DNA of 63,241 bases, the filler included, from Perkinsus chesapeaki ATCC PRA-425 (Eukaryota; Protista; Perkinsozoa), in NCBI GenBank assembly GCA_013115145.1. It is 6 parts of 6 records of this genome, joined end to end, with 100 filler letters (N's around TTAATTAATTAA, not from the genome) between each part and the next. Parts side by side here need not be neighbours in the genome. Positions count along the whole stretch, not along the records: positions 55,163 to 61,899 come from JAAPAO010001065.1; positions 62,000 to 63,241 come from JAAPAO010002085.1; 4 more parts are not named here. One strand, given 5' to 3'. The position numbers and the translations under genes were made by a program. Positions 60,401 through 63,241 of this stretch are shown in pieces; positions within the stretch are counted from its first letter, which is position 1, and every line of letters begins with the position of its first letter. The notes beneath the pieces are model-generated. The model worked only from the letters and a program-made list of their open reading frames with translations, ran no database searches and was not told the DNA's origin.

Positions 60401-61853
60401 TGCTTATGTTCCTTCGGGTTTAGCACGCGATTTTGTATTATTTCGGTATCATGATCATCCTCTTCTAGCAGTTCATCTTGGTGGAGAGCTTGGATACCAA
60501 CAAGCACGCCTTCATTTCTATTGGCCCGGAATGCCTCGCGATTTTCGGGCCCATGTTAAAGCTTGTATTTCCTGTCAAAAGGGTAAAAATTCTTCTTGGA
60601 TCCCTAATACTAGTTCCCGGGTAACAAGAAGAGAGCCCCTTCGTTTTACTCATGTTCAGATGGACTTTGTCAAAGGCTTCAAGAATCAGTCTGAATTTTT
60701 TTCAGCTGGTGATCTCTTGGAACCGAATGGTGGCTGGTCCGCTTTTGTTTCTATCATAGACAGGGGTACTAAGATGGCTATGATTATTCCTACTTTCGGA
60801 GAAACTGGTCAAGATGCAGTTATGGCTTTGTTACAATGGTCTACAATCTTTGGGAGGCCCTTACAAGTTCAAACTGATGGTGGTCCTGCCTTTATCTCCA
60901 AGGAATTGGAAGCTTTCTTATCTATATTTCAAGTTGCTCACGTGTTGGGTGGAGCGTATGAACCTCAGCATCAGGGGTTGGTTGAACGCCTTCATGCTGA
61001 GCTTCGTTCCCTGGTGCGTGTACATAATGCAGCTCCTATTGGAGCCCGTTTATCTTGGTGGGTCTCGGCTTTACTAGCTACTATGAATCATAATCAAAGG
61101 GTTAATCCTGCTTACGGGGTATCGCCTAGCCTTCTCTCCTTTGGATCTGAAGAATTATTGGGCCTTCCTGATCATCCTGATTTCTCTGATCTCTGTAAGA
61201 AGGATGTCATCGATGCCTTAAAAGAACATACTTATTTGCAATTTCTTGGTTACAAATGGCTCAGAGAAGATGATGCTATCACTAAAGAGTTCAAGGCTTT
61301 ATTATCTAGACCTATTAGGTTTTCGCCTACATATCATGTAGGTGACCAAGTTTGGTGGATTAGGCAAGTTGGTGATCGCCTTCAAAATGCTGGTATACGA
61401 ACTATTGAGAAGATCCTGAATAAGACCTTATTTCGGTTGGAAGGAATAGATCAACCAGTACCTGTGCATCAATTGGCTCCTGTTCATAGATCTGATAAGT
61501 CTATAGAATTTGCTGATGTATCGAGGCATTTGGCCAGCGAAGTTACTTCCCCATTGATTGCAGATTTTCCGGGCAAGAAGGATATTACAGATTTAAGTGC
61601 TGGTGATTTCGTGGTATGGTCTAAGCCAACATCTGATGATGATATTCCGAGTAATGGCCCTAATTGTCTTTACTTAGGGGAAGTTCTTAAATGTTGTGAT
61701 AATTCTACTGTTAAAATTCACAGTTTGTATAAGTCCAGTAATGGCTCTTGGCGTCGAGCACGTGGAGAAGGCTATGTCTGGCAAATTGATTTGTCTCACA
61801 TTTTTGTTGTTTTGCCCCTACGAAATCGGGATGTTAACGATTGGTACACATAA
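57351..61853 (+). CDS. pol: Retrotransposon Pol (RT-RNase H-integrase), -1 frame relative to ORF1
   Basis: RT: DLSKAF, LIFGLRFGPS, VYYDDF (58713-58724). RNase H: GDASVTGYG, FTDNS, NAHADYLSR. Integrase: HDH..H..YWPGM..CISC, MDF, QTDGG, LVERLH. The frame is open from 57351. Confidence 0.9.
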   Translation: MFKFSSRLGGFQASLGAESVECDNSIYRPVDRLSFSKENFHKSGISPLWNPSLDSSLSSRNVNSCNILYKLDRKDLCEARNCSRSLISFSSKDELSVGSSALAPCNLRRWSSRSISRPGVVRRNEEESPSRDVHHPPSSLKDSISFTKRHHQHYSQHHRSVLSAIGNLKKYDMASDDYINKLVEILLLQVEGESIKVPGAPKYSAKVRALRHGELPDTPEQRWVFEIDYEPIDQHEMEARRAKLEKQGKLDWIVSGSKYDYSVKKTRELDATHRKQMDDEVDGFVNKRGWWVPILAQDAEVNNLPKIITFPLVQGDHKTTKCRLVSDARLINLDLPDSSYIGDDIYRITRQARARFRKGHLARFKDLSKAFYRLRLTKNIVIVCNNQFFLTDRLIFGLRFGPSALMASTNMLKQVVYRAFEIASGRLSPEEGVFSFHLERAPVAPIGFNASMDVYYDDFLIMGESKYVEFADRVLRLAAPYLGMDFPNDKSETIDGEPQRHLGSMWHISDDGMLVINCISPEEPLIDCCRLSKRLAFHHAGLIYDITRCHPVARFYADEIRRWFGKVGDNKKKGDWNRLFDLSVEQRCCYLETMNKALENMCSCKGHGCIGNRKVIVGLGDASVTGYGYILYACESFYRNEIDGIPVMSSPMILESSAYHYPPDSTSSRWHINRKEMQVLTILLQVAHGWVMSLRSEDRKGFDIHLFTDNSSALSWSNNGKCDLNGYNAVAVRNMIGCHDDIKDDLLKYSVSCEVSRISSEANAHADYLSRLSEQVPNFSPITDAQFLSGRVMDYDISDGLASQSVTNGTLLSLPAFGIGCGRRKIGYVPSPSPQPIGLPANTLAEGKVITFQLLDASCYGLSRGVFVTVYVSGNLDGTNGYGPSTSSTLLPGTGTCANIRVLSGNSDDVSDKDGGTDHVLIPKTLAEFVKLSDDEFSQILRLLQKSTPDLIEGVPIKDIIVFLEGISPSAYPYTNYEKTERLATFGSSGGLVRLDNRHLLVLFTPGEPPDKLPLYRAYVPSGLARDFVLFRYHDHPLLAVHLGGELGYQQARLHFYWPGMPRDFRAHVKACISCQKGKNSSWIPNTSSRVTRREPLRFTHVQMDFVKGFKNQSEFFSAGDLLEPNGGWSAFVSIIDRGTKMAMIIPTFGETGQDAVMALLQWSTIFGRPLQVQTDGGPAFISKELEAFLSIFQVAHVLGGAYEPQHQGLVERLHAELRSLVRVHNAAPIGARLSWWVSALLATMNHNQRVNPAYGVSPSLLSFGSEELLGLPDHPDFSDLCKKDVIDALKEHTYLQFLGYKWLREDDAITKEFKALLSRPIRFSPTYHVGDQVWWIRQVGDRLQNAGIRTIEKILNKTLFRLEGIDQPVPVHQLAPVHRSDKSIEFADVSRHLASEVTSPLIADFPGKKDITDLSAGDFVVWSKPTSDDDIPSNGPNCLYLGEVLKCCDNSTVKIHSLYKSSNGSWRRARGEGYVWQIDLSHIFVVLPLRNRDVNDWYT
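57357..57406 (+). promoter_or_regulatory. Putative -1 programmed ribosomal frameshift signal
   Basis: In-phase X_XXY_YYZ heptamer A_AAT_TTT (57357-57363), 6-nt spacer, then stem GGCUCGG/CUGAGUC enclosing GGGCU/AGCCU. Confidence 0.75.
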
Positions 61854-61899
61854 ATTAGGTACACTTAATGTTTAATCTCCATAAATCACGTTCATACTC

Positions 61900-61999
61900 N
61901 NNNNNNNNNNNNNNNNNNNNNNNNNNNNNNNNNNNNNNNNNNNTTAATTAATTAANNNNNNNNNNNNNNNNNNNNNNNNNNNNNNNNNNNNNNNNNNNN
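61900..61999. other. Assembly gap with artificial six-frame-stop linker
   Basis: N44-TTAATTAATTAA-N44. Confidence 0.97.
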
Positions 62000-62000
62000 G

Positions 62001-63241
62001 GGATTGGTTGGTCCCCACCAAGTTAATTTAGTTCAAACTGACGACGGCGTGTTCGACGACTTTGTGACCGTACAAATGCTACGAGAGGCCCAAGACGCTT
62101 CTGACCGAGTCCGTTCTCTGCGGCAAGCCATCACTGATAAGACCGACAAGTACCACAAGCTTAATGAAGATGGTTTGGTGGTTCGAGTTACGGCCCTTGA
62201 GATCCCCGATGACAACGAGACCCCTACTTCGGTGTTGGCCCAAGTCCTGGTCCCCGATTCGGCCCTGCAAGCGCGCCTCGCCAAAGCTGCTCATGAGTTC
62301 TCTCACCGTGGATGCCGTGGTACTCTGAACATCCTCAGGAAGTCCTACTTCTGGCGTAAGATGAGGACGACAGTGAAGCAGGTCTGCGATCACTGTAAGC
62401 CTTGTCAGGTTAGCAAGTTCGACCGTATCGCGAGGTGCTCCCTAGGCTCTGTGCCTTGGGCTGGCAGCCTCGGGGTCGGCCGTGTTGCCACTATTGACGT
62501 CACCGGTCCTTACACTCATGCTCTTCGAGATCTACACGGCAACCTCCCGGAGAACAGGAGCAACTTCGGTGTCACTGTCACTGATCTAGTCACAAGCTAC
62601 ACTAGAGGTACGACGACTTGCACCAAGAGCTCTGCTGAGATCATTTCGGCCCTGACCGTTCTGTTCGATGGTTCCGATTGGGTATCAGTACTCATTGCAT
62701 CTGATCAGTGTTTCCGCTCCGCTGAGTTCAGGTATTGGTGCCAAGTCCACAAGATTTCCCTAGTATTGCTCCCTTCGCACAGTCCGAGCCTTATGGGACA
62801 TGGTGAACGTGTTCACAAGGAGATCCACAACTACATGCGTACGGTGACTCAACAAGCCAATGGTTTAGATGATTGGACGACGACTTTCCACCGTGCCATT
62901 CGTGTTGTGAACACCTGCCCCTACTCCGGCTCTGACGATGGTGGTCTCTCTCCCCATGACATGCACTTTATCAACAAGGCCCGAATTCCTGAGCTAGAGC
63001 TCTTAGATCCCGCCCTTGGTGACAAGTTGTATGCTGGATTGAAGTCTGCAGCCCCTATTGTCCCTATGGATGTTTACGAGGATGTGAGCGCTATTCGGAA
63101 ACAACGTTGGTCTCAATTCAGATCTGGCTGGCTTGATCGTCGTGAGAAGACCCGTCTCGAGACCCTTCGCCGTCCTGGTATGCCCGATGTGAAGCCCGGT
63201 GACTACGTGTACGTATGGCAACCCATGACCAAGAAGTTATT
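62001..63241 (+). mobile_element. Integrase region of a second, different LTR retrotransposon (ORF open at both ends; absent from the ORF track)
   Basis: My translation from 62001 found no stop: HHCC AHEFSHRG..YFW..VCDHCKPCQ; DDE residues in TIDVTGP, IASDQCF and GHGERVHKE. Confidence 0.85.

Larger units (their letters stand above)
55163..61899 (+). mobile_element. LTR-type retrotransposon internal region (gag-pro / RT-RH-IN order; LTRs not visible, cut by gaps)
   Basis: Two long intact intronless ORFs with CCHC, DSG protease, RT, RNase H and integrase motifs in Ty3/gypsy- or BEL-like order; AT-richer than the flanking genes. Confidence 0.9.

Noticed and set aside
61854-61899. Polypurine tract or 3' LTR after pol
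   Set aside because: No purine tract or TG..CA boundary is visible before the gap.

Overview
This is eukaryotic protist genomic DNA with dense, short GT-AG introns. The gene content and style fit a Perkinsus-like alveolate, but that is inference and was not verified. The window is not contiguous: five 100-nt gaps of the form N44-TTAATTAATTAA-N44 are assembly linkers, and one plain 96-N gap falls inside a tandem array. Recognisable genes are an intronless ADP/ATP carrier, a ~19 kb DNAH1-like axonemal dynein heavy chain, a CPPED1-like phosphoesterase, a WDR44-like WD40 protein, MTFP1/MTP18, adenylate kinase, a Thr/Ser-rich mucin-like membrane protein, an S10 serine carboxypeptidase, TPR and EF-hand proteins and a SHAQKYF-class Myb protein. 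There are two intact tRNAs: Ala-AGC (inside a dynein intron) and Gln-CTG. The 3' end holds LTR-retrotransposon sequence. Two signals stand out. (1) Several spliceosomal introns contain, and in two cases almost entirely consist of, decayed tRNA genes with canonical arm spacing, and other short introns carry isolated tRNA T-arm/B-box or D-arm fragments. (2) One retroelement has its protease in ORF1 (gag-pro) and appears to reach RT-RH-IN by a -1 frameshift at A_AAT_TTT followed by a strong stem-loop; it also carries a possible dUTPase-like insert between RNase H and integrase. Multi-exon gene boundaries were read by eye and are approximate.
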